From the NCBI RefSeq assembly GCF_002571385.2, contig NW_019218199.1, positions 159,395 through 222,418 on the forward strand: a stretch of 63,024 bases of DNA, given 5' to 3'. Numbering within the stretch: the stretch's first letter is position 1; the number at the start of each line of letters is the position of its first letter. A program made the translations under genes and the position numbers. A model generated the notes under the pieces. That model did no database searches, was not told the DNA's origin, and saw only the letters and a list, made by a program, of their open reading frames with translations. This document shows positions 38,337 through 52,100 of the stretch, piece by piece. The stretch comes from Stylophora pistillata. Taxonomy: Eukaryota.

Positions 38337-40859
38337 TATGGACAGTTCGACTTCTTCAGCCTAAATTGCCACTCGATGGTTGACTCAGCATTTATAGCTT
38401 GCTTGGAAATCTTAAGCGATTATATATTAATCTTTAATTGACTGGTAGACATTTTGTAGCCTAAGTTCCCAGCTAGCTATAAAAGAGGTAATTCGTTTTT
38501 ACAGCTCCATTGTAATGATGATGCCGGCCTTCAATGAAAAAAAAAAAAAAAAAAAGGAAAAAAAAAAAATTTAAGCATGCTCTGAACAAGAGGAGATCAG
38601 CTGTTTCAATTCTTTGCATTGATCATAATCTTCCTTCAGCGTCTGTTGAGCGTTAGAGATCTTACTGTAACTATATTTTATGATAATACGTATATTTAAG
38701 AACTTAGATCGGAGGTGTATTGTTAGCATTTCCCTCTAGTTCCCATCATAAAATACAACGTTGACAGTGAATTTTGTACCAAAAGGTACTGCATGAATAT
38801 CTTTTTTGCGATGTTTTTTCTTCGTTCAGTCTTTTCGATTTTTTTTATATCTCTCAAAAACCTTTTAAATTCATCACCTTGCGATGAATGAAAGTAAGTG
38901 TCAACAGAATTTTTTAACTTTTTCTTACCATAACGCTTATTTTCACTGGAAGAAGATAGAAATATACAAGCCAACCTAGATCAGCCTGCGCCGATGGATT
39001 ATGTTTTATGTCTCTATAACCTGCTCGTTATACCCTAAGCCTAAGAACTTGGGAGAATTCAGCTGTTCATACGCACTTAAATTTAGTAAACAGCTAGCAG
39101 CAGATGGCTGGTAAGTAGCGACGTAATTAAAACATCGCATGGCGTCTTTCATCCGGTGTAGGTCTTTATTAACTTACATAACACAACCTGTCACTCAAAA
39201 TATTTCCTTTCCTATTTGTAAATGTCATGTTTTCCCATTTTAGTCGGTAACCATAATACTTTAAGCAGTTGTGGACCGAATAAACCGGAGTGAAAGGGAA
39301 ACGTATGCTCCACTGAGTTTGAAACAAATGCTTGAAATTAATGCTAGCTTGTACCTGCAAATATATATGTTCAAGGCTGTCGCTTAAACTCCTAACGTTT
39401 CGTGGACGCAAATTAAGTAGTCAGCTCTTATATAACTGAATCTCTAAGAGGGCAGGTGGATATAAGGGGAAAAGTCAGAGAAATAACACGTTCATCGAGA
39501 CAAAACGTATAAAATATTTTGAAAAAGAAAGAAAAACCAAACAAACAAACAAACAAACAAAAAATTAGGAAACAAATTTTTTTTTCATATTTTCTAAATC
39601 ACTCTGCGTATATGCAACTGGAACTGCAACCGGAATCATAACATTTCAGGTACCTACACAAAAGGCAAACATGACAGGTATGCTAAACAGGCGCATAAAA
39701 CTCTGTGTCCAAAGTCGGTATTCAGAGAGGCAAAACAGAAAAAAAAGAAGAGATGCTTATTTCATGAGCCTTAATCTCTCTTTAATTTTCTAATGAGGTC
39801 TTTTGCCTAAGACTTATTGGCTCCTTTAAGCTTCCTTGCCTCATGAGTGTTTCATTGACTTCATATTTGTCTAAGTGCGTGTAAATAGGAGGCAAAGTCA
39901 ATAAAAAAAAAATTAAACTTGGAAGCGAACTGAAACTTGAAACTGAACTGAAACTTGAATCTGAACGGAAACCCTATGAAACCAATGCAATGCCTACGCG
40001 GTTGACGACATCGAAGAAAACGACGTGTACATAGGAAGTTATGTCAGTAATCATGACAAAACGGAAAATGAAAAACCTGGGCCTGGATCCCTTGCGATGA
40101 TAAACTAGACTTCCTAAATAGATTTAAGACACAGACCACAAGATTGGAATGATTAACGTATTTGCGAGAAAGAAAAATAGCATCGCTATCCCCATTACCA
40201 TAACCTAAATTGCTTGCATGAACTAGAAAAACGTACCTAGAAATGCCGTACTCTTCTATCGCTGAAGTTCCTCGTTGAAGCAGAGATGTGGCAGAGGTTT
40301 CGTTACTGCATCGCTAGCAACCAACACTAGCGAAAGGGATCTTTCATCGGAGCATACCTGGCAGTTTACACAAGATTGAAGAATTTCTCAATTTCTCCGT
40401 TTAACGCGCCTTGACAAATTCTTATTGATATGGAGGTCATTTTTCGATTTAGAATTTAATCTCGTGGACATCTGACCCGCTTTTTAGTTACCTTTCACCG
40501 TATTTGATTTCCCGCGATCAACTCATCCTCCTTTCTTTTCTTACTGTTGTTATTCACTTGCAGCACAGAAATAATTTTCAAGCGATGTCCAAGTAGATAG
40601 AAGGGCGTTTTGCTCAACATTGAACCATGACTAACTATTTTCAAAATTACGAAAAGAAAGGAATTTTCCATTGCATTGTAAAATGATTTAAGACCTAAAC
40701 TACAATCAGGTTGCAAACATTGTGTTATTTTCAAGTATCTCATAGTGTTTATGGTGTGCAATCATGCTTATCCCAGGATGATCGAGTTTCACTAACTAAA
40801 TTTGTGGTTAGTATAAAAACCGGTGAAAATTACCCATGAAGACATACGTATTTTTTAGT

Positions 40860-41260
40860 ATGAATGGTTTGAGCCCGGAGACAATATGCGATAGTGTAGT
40901 CTGATCGTCCGGGAGAGAGTGGACCTGAGAAGGACTGTTGTCGATGGTGGTGACTGACACATTGAAAGCACTAGCGGAAGTCATCATCAGAGTCAGTTGA
41001 ACAGTCATGCAGTCGAATGTTCTAAGTCCAGTATGTATAAAATGATAGGTCAGATTTGCCGTGATATCGATTTTATTGGCTGTAAAACTCAAGGGGCGTA
41101 AGGCGGTCGTGATTGGTTTGTTTCGATCCGTAGGTAAAGTTAGGTCGTTCTGTTTGGTTCGTTTGTAATATTCAAGTCATGAATAAGTCGTTTGTGCGGC
41201 GCTGGTAGTAGTTCTATTAATGGTAATCATTTTGGTGGGAATGTTTTTTTTTCCTGAGTC
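40860..41260 (-). mobile_element. Degenerate 3' fragment of a Penelope-like element
   Basis: ORF-end remnant PAPHKRLIHDLNITNEPNRTT* followed by a decayed hammerhead-like ctgatgatgacttccgct...tcagtca. Confidence 0.6.
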
Positions 41261-41407
41261 ACTAGCTAGCTATTAAGTGAGGACGGAATTTGTTGTGGCG
41301 TCGTGTGATATCTTCATTTGAAAAGCATTAACAAAAGCGTTCGTTTTCGTTTACTTTGAAATCGATATGGTGAGAGAGAAAACTGCTAAAACTTGCCGTG
41401 CTTGGTA

Positions 41408-41670
41408 CACTGTAGCTCAGTTGGTAGTAGCACCCAACTAGTTTCTGTTAGGTAATTTGGTTTTATCAACTAAGTTGATAATGTAAATTGGCGAGCGTAA
41501 AGAGTTAAAAGCTTACGTTTTTGGCGTTAGCCCTTCTCGGAGCGAATGGCACGGGTTCATACCCAGTCAAAACCAGATTTTTCCACTCTTCTTTTCTGCA
41601 ATTTATTTTAATTGTAGCTCACTTTCGAGGATAATTTCTGCACATCCTCAGTTCAGCAAATGATTTCTCT
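41408..41670 (+). mobile_element. Degenerate tRNA-derived repeat split by an inserted Penelope-type terminal repeat fragment
   Basis: tagctcagttggtag (A box) ... gggttc (B-box remnant), separated by aagttgataatgtaaattggc...aaaagc.tacgttt..gcgttagccctt, which matches 62920-63024. Confidence 0.55.
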
Positions 41671-42839
41671 CATGGTCTTTGACGGTCATTTACGAGGGAG
41701 GAAAAAAAAACTTTTTGTTATTGCTCGCACTCATTTGTTTTTCGTTTCTGGGGGATTGATAGACGAACGAAAATTAAACAAAGTAAAATGAGATGAAATA
41801 AACCATTGTAACAAATAAATGTATTGAAAAGAAGCGGAAAAAATTGACTAACATCTCTGCGTGATGTATCGAAAAATCATGGCCAATTCGACCCCTTAAG
41901 GTAAGATTACAACCTTTTGTTTTCTTAGCATTTATTAGTGTCTTGATAATGGCCATCACGTGATTATGGGTCTCTAATTGATTGGTAGAAATTTGCGTTG
42001 CCTTTAAGTCCTCAATAACTCATTACCTGGCTGTTATGTTAGAAAACTCGCTGATGCGCTCGCACGTGTATGTGCCTTAAATTAGAAAAAAAAATTGTAT
42101 TTGTATCGTTTACCAACATATGTTGTCGTTAAGTTTATGACCTATCCGGCCAGAATGAAAATAAAGATCCCGAGCATCGAAGATTGGAATCGGTATTTTA
42201 TAGAAAGACTCCTTTTAAAAGGGAAATAATCAAGCATGCTCTGAAGAAGAGGCGATCAGCCATTTTAATTCTTTTTATGAGTTAAATCAACATTTTACAC
42301 AAGATCGTTATAGACTGTATGCCACAGATTAACTGCACGATTGAGATTTTTTCGTCTGATCATGGTATATTGTGATAAGTATAGTTCAGAGCCTAAACCA
42401 AATGCATAAATCTCATATACCCCTGGTTAATTCGTATCAGGAAATACTTTACTTTGAAAACAATCAAGAGAACATTCAAAAGGATGATTTCCCTATATTT
42501 ACTTGCTTTTGTTCTCGATCTGTTCCAGTTTTGTTTATTTACATAAGAGACCGATCATTATTTGACGCCTGAGGAGATGAGGGGTCGGAGGGTTTTGGTT
42601 GCTCCTCCCATCGCGCGTGACTATTCATTTGAGAGCAGAACTGAAATACTCGAATGTTTTGTAAGAACGGAAGAGCCTCATGGTGAGCTTTCTATCGACG
42701 TAGAATATTTAACACGCTATTAAAAAATTCGTATGAGTTGTTATCGGACGGGCTAAACGGAGTCAGTCGGTGAGCAGTTTTGATATTTGATTTTGCCATC
42801 GCGCAGCTCCTGCCTGTGAGCCGAACTAACCTAACATTA

Positions 42840-45180
42840 ACGGAATGAACAATTGATGCAGCACGCAGAATATGAGAATAGATTGTTGCCCTTCTGGAAA
42901 TAACAATAGAACTCCCCGGGGGCTTTGGAAAATGGCCAAGTATTAAACATAACAGCTCTTCTAGCCTGATCGGACCTCTTTGTCGAGCTTGTCGTCGACT
43001 GCCTTAGGATTATTAAGGGCTGGAAAAACATTGTTGGACGAAAAATGATGTTGAGATCCCTTTTAACGAAAGGTATTGTTTCGATCGAGCAGGGTATTCC
43101 ATCGAGATAGGCCTGCAATTTATCTAGTTAACTCGATAAATCGATAAATCACGTTATCTGAACGAGACAGGGTGTGATGATGGATGTGTTAGATGGAAAT
43201 GTTCCAGCTGCTCTCAACGCATGTTTTGAGAAAAAAAAAAGTTGCTGAATTCCACGTTTGAAACATTCATGTTTGAATTTGCAGTTAACGAAATTTTCCC
43301 CTCGGTGAAATTTCCAGTAGAACCCAGACGGAAAGTGCAGAATAGTTTTGATGCGCGTTACGGATGACACGGCGAGAGGTATTTTGGTCTATTGGTGCGC
43401 CTGTCCCAGGGGAAAAGCGATTTTTACTATTAAAAACCGGAATTATTATAGTAGCATCAGTAGGCGTTCTTTGTCGCCAGATTCCACTCTGTCTTACTGC
43501 ATTTCATTAAAGCGGGGCCCCTTGGAAAACGCACTGCACATATCATCAAGATACATCCTCTGAGAAGACGTGACCCATTTATGAACGGTGGCAATAAGTT
43601 TGAGCTTGAATTATGGTTCGAGACTAATGACCAGTCGATCAGTGGATGGCACGATTGAACAATGAAATCGTACCTGATGTCACTCACGCTCGAAGATGAC
43701 TTCTGTAAGAGAGTCCAAAAGTAAACGTATTTTATTCGACCAGATTTTGGATTGTAGTTTGTCCGAGACTCGTGCTGCTAGCGGAACAGCAATTTGGTTG
43801 CGAACACTACCCGGGTAGTCATTATTCTCGGCCAAAGGTTCTATTGCGAACGGGAAATTAATTGCTATAGTTTTATGCTCGGGGTAATTTTCCACATCCA
43901 TTATTTTCTGAATCAGAGCTGGACTCTACCCCTGTACAGAAGCAGCTCAATACGTGTACTTCGACGCAGGAGCTGAGGGAGCTTCGGAAACAGTGTTCCT
44001 GCTACTTTAAGGCGCTTGACCATCACCCCTGAAATTATCACCGCTACATCCTCCAGAAGGGGCCCTTGGGGTCTATTAGAAGAAACCACATGTAAAACCA
44101 CCAAAACCGATATATTTTCACATCCCAGTTATCAAATTCCCAATTGATCCGATGCAGAGGTAACGAGTGGAGCATACGGCGGTTTCGCGGCTAATCGAGA
44201 TCAGTAGAGGTGCATAATTGCAGCTCGGATCGAAGAGAAACCGGAACCCAAATGCAAAAGACCGAAAAACCACATCGGATACCAAATCCGAAAACCCGTT
44301 GATATTCACGGCGAAAACCGAAAACTAAATGTTATAAAACAGAAAATTTGTAAACTGCAATGAACACTAAAACCGAAGTTTTTTTGCACAAAAACCGACC
44401 TAAATAGTAAAAGCCGCAAGAACAAAAATCCCGATGCCCCCCTTCACCAGGGGTGGAGACGTTTGAACAGTTCTGTAACCTGCGAGCAAAATGCGTTCGA
44501 GTTGGCTGGGAAGGTCGGTTGTTTGTGGCTTTTGCATTGTCCTTGTGGCTTCGGCGCTGAGGCTGGTGTTTTCTAGCACATATAGAGTAAAAAAAATCTT
44601 GAAGTGGGCGTGGATGGGCGTTTCTAGGGGTGTGTACCCATCTCAGTTGACAAAGAGGGATTAACAAGCGATTTCCCACGGGTCCAAAAACACCGGATGT
44701 AGACTAAATTTTCGAATTTACAGCACAAAATTATGTTTTACAAGAAAGGGTCAAAGAGATAACGAGACAAACCCAGCAGATCCCCTCACCCCTTCAGTAG
44801 TGAAACTACTAATCGCTTTAATCCATGAAAAACGGCAACATGTTTGGCAAGCTCATAGAGGAGGATCTGCCGCGAGGAACATGCGATAAGGCCGCAAAAC
44901 TAAGGGACAAATGTTCCCTGCACAAAAGATTAGTAGTTCTGAGCAGGAGATAAAGATTATGAGTACTATACGGGAACTAGTTTAAGCTGAGGGCATAGTG
45001 ACTGACCCTCAGCGGGAGGCATTGTCCTTAGAATGGACTTGAGAGCGTATAAGACTGCGCCCCGATAAGAGTGCGTGTTGTCCTTTGCGGCTAAGGTGCA
45101 TCCCGACCTTACAAAGAATGGGAATAGATGGGCTGTAAGTCCCGCAATGGCACCAAAAAGTAGCAAACGGTCGCGTCTCT
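42840..45180 (-). mobile_element. Highly decayed DIRS/Ngaro-type tyrosine-recombinase retrotransposon relic (with a nested short repeat at about 44120-44440)
   Basis: Gag-like VPLAARVSDKLQSKIW and WKFHRG..CKFKHECF; RT N-terminal remnants AVDDKLDKEV, KAPGEF; SGNH-like GMHLSRKGQ / YRGAVLYAL. Confidence 0.6.
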
Positions 45181-46108
45181 AGGACCACACTTATGTACTG
45201 ATAAAAAAGCGCGGCATGATAATCAAATAACGAGTACCCTTTTAGAATATACTACCCGCAATAGTCTGACATACTTCGAAGTATTTTAGTTGGTATTGGC
45301 TATGGAGTTCCTGCACTAAGGCCCAGAATTTCAGATTTGACCTCTGCACAGCACAGGTCGTTAGTACCTATCTCTAAAATGACCACCTCGGGTCTTAAAC
45401 ACGTAAGGTTTTTTAGACTTAATTAAAATAAACACAAAAAACGAGGAATAAACTCAAGGCGGAAAAATAGAGAAGAATGGAACATTAGATATTCTGAAAA
45501 TAGTCAAATGCGCTGAATAGGACGAACTCGAGAAACATGCCACATCTCACGCTGATCGCTGGAGACTTTCCAACAAAACTCGTGACTCTTACGTAAGGAA
45601 CCGTCTATTGTTCTGAAAGTTACCTGATAGTCGTGCGATTATTGCTCAATCGATTTTGGATGCTACGACCTTGTCCCCCTTTAATTTGACCCTTCAATAC
45701 TCCCTGCCTTTTCTCGTTGACTTAGTATCTTAGTTAAAAATTACCAATAAACCAAAGTCAGTAGACGTAAACTTTTTCATTTAGGGACGTATGAATTAAT
45801 AACTGTTTACGCAGATTTCTAGTTTGTATAAACAGAAAGTAGACTGGGAAAATCAATTTAGAAACAAACTAAGAACAAGGAAAAAGCAAAGATACACCCC
45901 TATATCTGATTAACGAGGCACTGTGTCTTGGCACATAAAGTGGCCTATCCAGAAACTATGTTATTGAACCATAATCCGCTAAACATTTTAAAATTTTTCC
46001 ATATCTGACCAGGCAAGCAGAAAGTGCAAAGGTGAACATAATTCAAACAGCCCGAGTTCTAGATACGTTCATTTACACTTGAGCACACTGGAAGTTCGAC
46101 GTCAAAAA

Positions 46109-49100
46109 ATGGGGGTATCTTTCTGCATCAGCGTTCTTATTGTATTCATTTGGAGCAATGTTCCCATCAGGCCCGTGCAGTGTCAAAGCTCTTCTGGAAT
46201 TCTTAATGAATCGAAGTTAACTGGTCAGATTGTGGTGGGGCACTGTTTGAGGAGATGTGGCCTAGGCTTTCAACCATTTAAAGCAAAAATATCCCGAGAA
46301 AAGGTAAAATCCAGTATTTCTTACATTTGATTTAATGTTTCGTTTGGTTCGATGATAACCCAGATCAAATGAAATTTAGACAAAAGTGCGAAGAAGAACT
46401 TCAGTAATAAACACGCGCATCGAGTTATAGGGTTACACGGAAATCTTGCCGATGTTTGTTGTAGACTCAATATGTTCAGGACTTCTGCATGTAAGGCTAA
46501 ACGCCAGGCTGGCCGGTTATCAGGACGAGTTTTCCGCCATTTAGATGAGAAATTCCGGTCTGATTACCCAGCTATGGGAAATCACACCTCGCTGATACCG
46601 AAATCAGGAAAAGGCTCATTATTTCAAGTTTCATCCTGGTAGCAAGGAGGATGAAAAGAATCTGAAATCGCACGCCCAGGCTAGCCCACCTTTTTCCGAA
46701 AACTGAAACATCAAATTTTGTTTAAAGAAAGAATGTTGTGGTTAGAACCCTGGAGAGTAGACCCAATCCAGATGATGGCCACATACATATCACTGAGAAG
46801 GCCCTTTAGTTAATTAAAGGTAAGTATCTTAACATTGCTTTGAAACAAGATTACGAGTATCGTCCTTGAGTGACAAAAAAATTACTCACGCGATCAGATT
46901 TGGGAACAATCGGGTCCAGGGCAATCGTGAACTCAAATCATCAACTGTCTCGACTACTTTCTTCCAAACATTTCAACCTAGCTTCTAGCTCGATCGTATG
47001 CATTCAAGTGTTTCATTGTGGGTTAATTACCATCCATGGTGACCTAATCTTATGAGCACGCTAGTACTGTATTTAGCTAAAGCATTTTTAATCCTGTGTA
47101 GTACATCAAACAATATGTAAGCTTTCTTTCAAGCGAATCTTGATTTTGGTGTGTCTTGCAGTTGTCACTGGATCATTTATGTTACACCAAGTGCATTGGA
47201 AAAGAAGGTATAAATTTTAATGACACAAATGGAATATAAATTCTCAAGAGCTCACTCATTCAAAAAAAAAAACAAAAAAAAAACAGTGATGTGATCTTGG
47301 TCTTGTTGTAGCAACCACCCCTAGCAAAGGAAACATTTTAACCAAAACTTCTATTTTTATTTCTCATACTGTTCATTTCCATCTGTCGTGAGGAGAAACG
47401 CCTAGTCTGTTCGTAAGTCGGTCGGACGGTTAAAGAAACAGCTAGACAGTCCATCAGTAGAATTGCTTTCCGGAAAATCACGAGTCAGTAAAACCGGTAG
47501 TCAGAGTCTTCTGTTCAGTTAGAGCTTAGCTGGGAAGTTCACAATGTTAGTAAACCATAAGATAACTTGCAAAATTTTGTTCTTTCCCGCTGTTTTTGGC
47601 CTCCCAACCATGGTCACACCGGCGTTTGATGGAGCAACGATGTTTATAAAGAGTCAGTGGAAATCCTCTATGCCTTAGCTTTTTAGTATTTTCAACGATC
47701 AATTTACTAAATAAAAAAGGCATTTGCATGGATAGAACCGACGTTTTATATATCCCCTAAGTTACTTGTTACTTGTATTATTTTATCCTAGTTTGCTTTA
47801 GAGACTCTTGAGCTGAGGCGCATTTTAGTTACTTCACCACAAACCACCCTTGCATATATTCTTAAATCGTGTCCATACATACTTCTTTTACTACTCCCCC
47901 ACCCATAGGGAAACATCACTCTTCAGTGAATGAGCGGAACCGCCTGGTTAATCTACGAAACACGCCCCCCTTTGAAAGAGTCAAACGAGGTAAGCTACAA
48001 TACTTGTTACAACATGGCAAGAATGAACTCTAAAATTTAGCTAATTTGGCTAGTTTGTTAGATTGTTTATGCCTCAACTTTCACTAAGGTAACTGAAGTA
48101 AGAAAGACTACTGTGAATGTTGAAGTCTTTGTATAGATATGAAAGATGTGTTTGGTCTATCGAGTAATAATTTAGTCTAAGCAATGTAGGTTAAACCGGC
48201 GTTTGTCACGGTATTTTTGTTTCCTGTTATTAAGTAAAGGTATGTGTAATTAAATTGTTGGCCTGTGCATGTTTGGGTTAACTAGTTTGAGCAATTCGCG
48301 CAAACGAAGGCACCAAGAGCCTGGTCAAAAACTGTTATTCATTCACTGCTTAATGCCTCTTAACTAATGGGTCTTCATCTGAATAACTGAGTGTCTGTGT
48401 CTCTAATTTAGGCCTATAAGTAGATCCTCTTAAATATTGTATCGGTAGGCATGTTTGGGCTTACGGCACAACTGACCTTGGCAGAGTAAACATATTTTTA
48501 GAACGCTAACCCAATCAATTTCTCAAGACCCTCGAAATGATCAAAACATTATTTGCAAATCAACCAATTTGCGAGAACTAAAACCTAAATAAAACCTCTC
48601 GTTGAGGACTTAAAGCAAGGTCAAGGACAAACCCAAACACGCAGCACCCTGATAAACCAAGGATCACAAGACTCGCACAAGGATTTCAAGTTAATCTCAC
48701 AGGCTTAGACAATTCCCAAACACTTCGTAAGAACATTCCTAATTAGAGTGGTTCATAGCAAAATGAGACCAATGCAACTTGAAATAAATGCGCTCGAGTA
48801 AATGGGATAATCTTAAAATCCCCATTATCTATAGAGGCGCTATACTCTGGAACGCTGTCTCGAAACATTTCACAGACCATTTTTCAGTTTTTTTATCGCA
48901 AAGTGACAGCAGGACTCTTATTTTAAGGATCTCGATTTTAGCGCACAGTCAGTCCAGTCACTACCCAGGCACTACCAAGATTTTAAATGCTTTTAACTAT
49001 TTTTGTTTTAAACGCTGTAGTCAATTTACATAGAGATAAATAATGTAAATCATTTTTATCATTCTTACTGTATATTTTGTAGAGTGATTTTAAGGGACAC

Positions 49101-52100
49101 TATTCTTATTGTTATTGAAATTATATTTACACGACCCCACAAGCCCCCAGCTGTAAACCTCATCGTGTCATAAAGGATATGATTGATTGATTGATTGATT
49201 GAAAGGTCAGTTAAAAAAAAAAACAACAACAAAAAAGGAAAATTGCTTGTAAACGAATCAAATCGAGAGATTTTTCTTCTGATTAGATTTGTTATTCTCT
49301 CGTGCACGTGCCTCAATCCAAATAGGAAACAACACAGGCAAGTTTAGAATAATATGCCCTAGGAGGGACACTTTGATTGCACAGTTCGGGAAGAAATGTT
49401 TAGCTTATTAAAATCGTCTTCTTTCCAAAGGCTTAATTACGACTCTTAAACTTTCAACAAGTTTTTATATCTACACTGTGTCTAAAAAGATTTTAACCTT
49501 TTTCAAAAAAAGCTTTATCTTACCCATGTCGTAACTTGGTTGAGAGAAATTGATAACGGTAATTAAACAGAGAGGTGTGCAACTTGGTCTGAAATCATAC
49601 GGTTGATTGAAATCACGCTGAAGTATGGTTTTGAGACCAAAATTGTTTCACATGAAGTTCTGTTACCACTTTATTGCATCCATTTTGAAACCGCAAAATT
49701 TAGTTGCTTAAATACAGATTTTTTTGGTCCGTACAAAATATATTTCATTGATTCAGTACTGAGCTGGTTTGTAAAAAGTTGCAAAAGGTGTCCTTTATGT
49801 TCCTGCAGTTTGACTGGTTACTTTAAGCAAGCCTTGAATTCTGATTGCTTTTTGTGTTTTAGCCGGTAAAGCTTTCCCACTGGCTTGGGAAAAAAAAATG
49901 CGAATTAGAGCAAAAAATGGTGCAATTCGTGGGTACTTTGCACCACTGAGAGCCGAATTCGGTAGTAGGGCGGATCACCATTAATTCAAAAATTGGATAT
50001 AATAAAAAGTAATTATCGTTGTTATTGTTCTTCATTTTATTTTTATTCTATATTTTTTATTTCAGATGCCCTTACCAGCGCAAAAAACCAGACATCCTTT
50101 AACACATCAGGTATTAAAAAAAATGTTAACGAACAATTTTATCATACATGTAATAACGTTTTCAGTTTAACAACTTTGGACGGACCTTTGCTACTGGTGT
50201 GCAGAGAAATCCATTCTTCATCCTCTTTATCGTGTATTTATCACTCCTCAAATGCACAACAAACTATGAGAGAGCGAAACGGTGGGGATGCTGCTTATTT
50301 GTTTCTCCATATGTTAATGAAGTTAGTCCTTTTACCAGCAGTTGTCCCAAACAGCGAAAAAATCAAACCCACATCTTTCAAGGGATTGGGACCTGGTAAG
50401 TTTAATTTATAAAAGACTTATTTATCGTATTCACTTAACAGTGAGCAATAACGCCCCTATACACTAAATTGTCATACAATTACCCAAAGAAACCAAAGGA
50501 TCACAAGATCACAAGACTCACACAGGGATCTCAAGTCAACCGAACAGACCTAAATAATCCCCAACACTTAGCCAGAACATTCCTAATTTTAGTGGTTCAT
50601 AGCAAAATGATGATGTAACTGGTTACACGCTGAAAATTACTACTAAAAAATTGACATCACTTGTAATCCCAATCTATCTCTCCCAGGGCTGCTTGTCACG
50701 ATCTGACGATGGCAGAGAGAGAGAGAGANNNNNNNNNNNNNNNNNNNNNNNNNNNNNNNNNNNNNNNNNNNNNNNNNNNNNNNNNNNNNNNNNNNNNNNN
50801 NNNNNNNNNNNNNNNNNNNNNNNNNNNNNNNNNNNNNNNNNNNNNNNNNNNNNNNNNNNNNNNNNNNNNNNNNNNNNNNNNNNNNNNNNNNNNNNNNNNN
50901 NNNNNNNNNNNNNNNNNNNNNNNNNNNNNNNNNNNNNNNNNNNNNNNNNNNNNNNNNNNNNNNNNNNNNNNNNNNNNNNNNNNNNNNNNNNNNNNNNNNN
51001 NNNNNNNNNNNNNNNNNNNNNNNNNNNNNNNNNNNNNNNNNNNNNNNNNNNNNNNNNNNNNNNNNNNNNNNNNNNNNNNNNNNNNNNNNNNNNNNNNNNN
51101 NNNNNNNNNNNNNNNNNNNNNNNNNNNNNNNNNNNNNNNNNNNNNNAAACATTCCTATTCCCGAACCCTTTGCCACGAGGCAACAGAGGACCTCATTTTT
51201 TGTTTCTAAGAAGTTATATTTATCCCTTTATGGAATCAAAACCGTTTAAGATGTCTGCGTGTTTTGAAACCCTATATATTTCAAGGCTTTTAACTGAAAT
51301 GACGAGTTAGTTGCTTTCGAAAAACGTAGTAAAAAATGATAATGCACAAAAAGTTAAGGTTTCTTAGGTGTATTTACCTAATGAGGTGAACTCGTTTTCG
51401 GTTTCAAGACTCTGTTTGCAAGAACGAGGCATACAAAATATGGTGGCTTTTTGAATTGGTTAATACTTAGAAAAAGATTGGCACCTTTTTTATTACGAGT
51501 ATCGGGCTTTATTGATTTTGTGATCTGTCAATTTTTTAGAGCGCGACGAACTTTACCATAACTAATTCTTCATACGGACTGACAAGAGGTTCTTCCATTG
51601 CACATTACGTGAGTACATATATTTATATGCATCAGAAAATTACCAAAATAGACAAGAAAACCCACATCTTCCCTGACATTGCACTGTCGTTTGTCTCCAT
51701 CTAGGGCTTACTGACTGCATGCACTGTGCGTTAATTTAAGTTTTGTTGCCAATAGGCAGGCGAACCAGGATCACTGTGCAACTTTTTGGAAAAATGTTTT
51801 TTGCCCTTCGCCCCGCTGTCGATCCCAACAACAAATCAATAATAATTATAACCTGGAGATAATAGGACTCATTAAGTGTGGAGCTGGATGAAGAAGTGAG
51901 GCTCAAAGGCAATAGTGGGTTAATTTTCCCCACCCATATTATGTACATTATAGAATTCTGTATGTTTTATATTTTGAAAACAACAGCTGTAAACAAGAAC
52001 AATAAAACAAATACAGCTGAGTGTAAAACGGTTTCGCCTTTCTTTTGTTGAACAGAATAGCAATCCTATTCTTTTTAGTATTCCCCGCTATACAGTATCA

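Noticed and set aside
48655-50610. Two similar 110-bp segments (about 48655 and 50480) as duplicated exons
   Set aside because: No splice signals or shared reading frame; look like interspersed repeat fragments.
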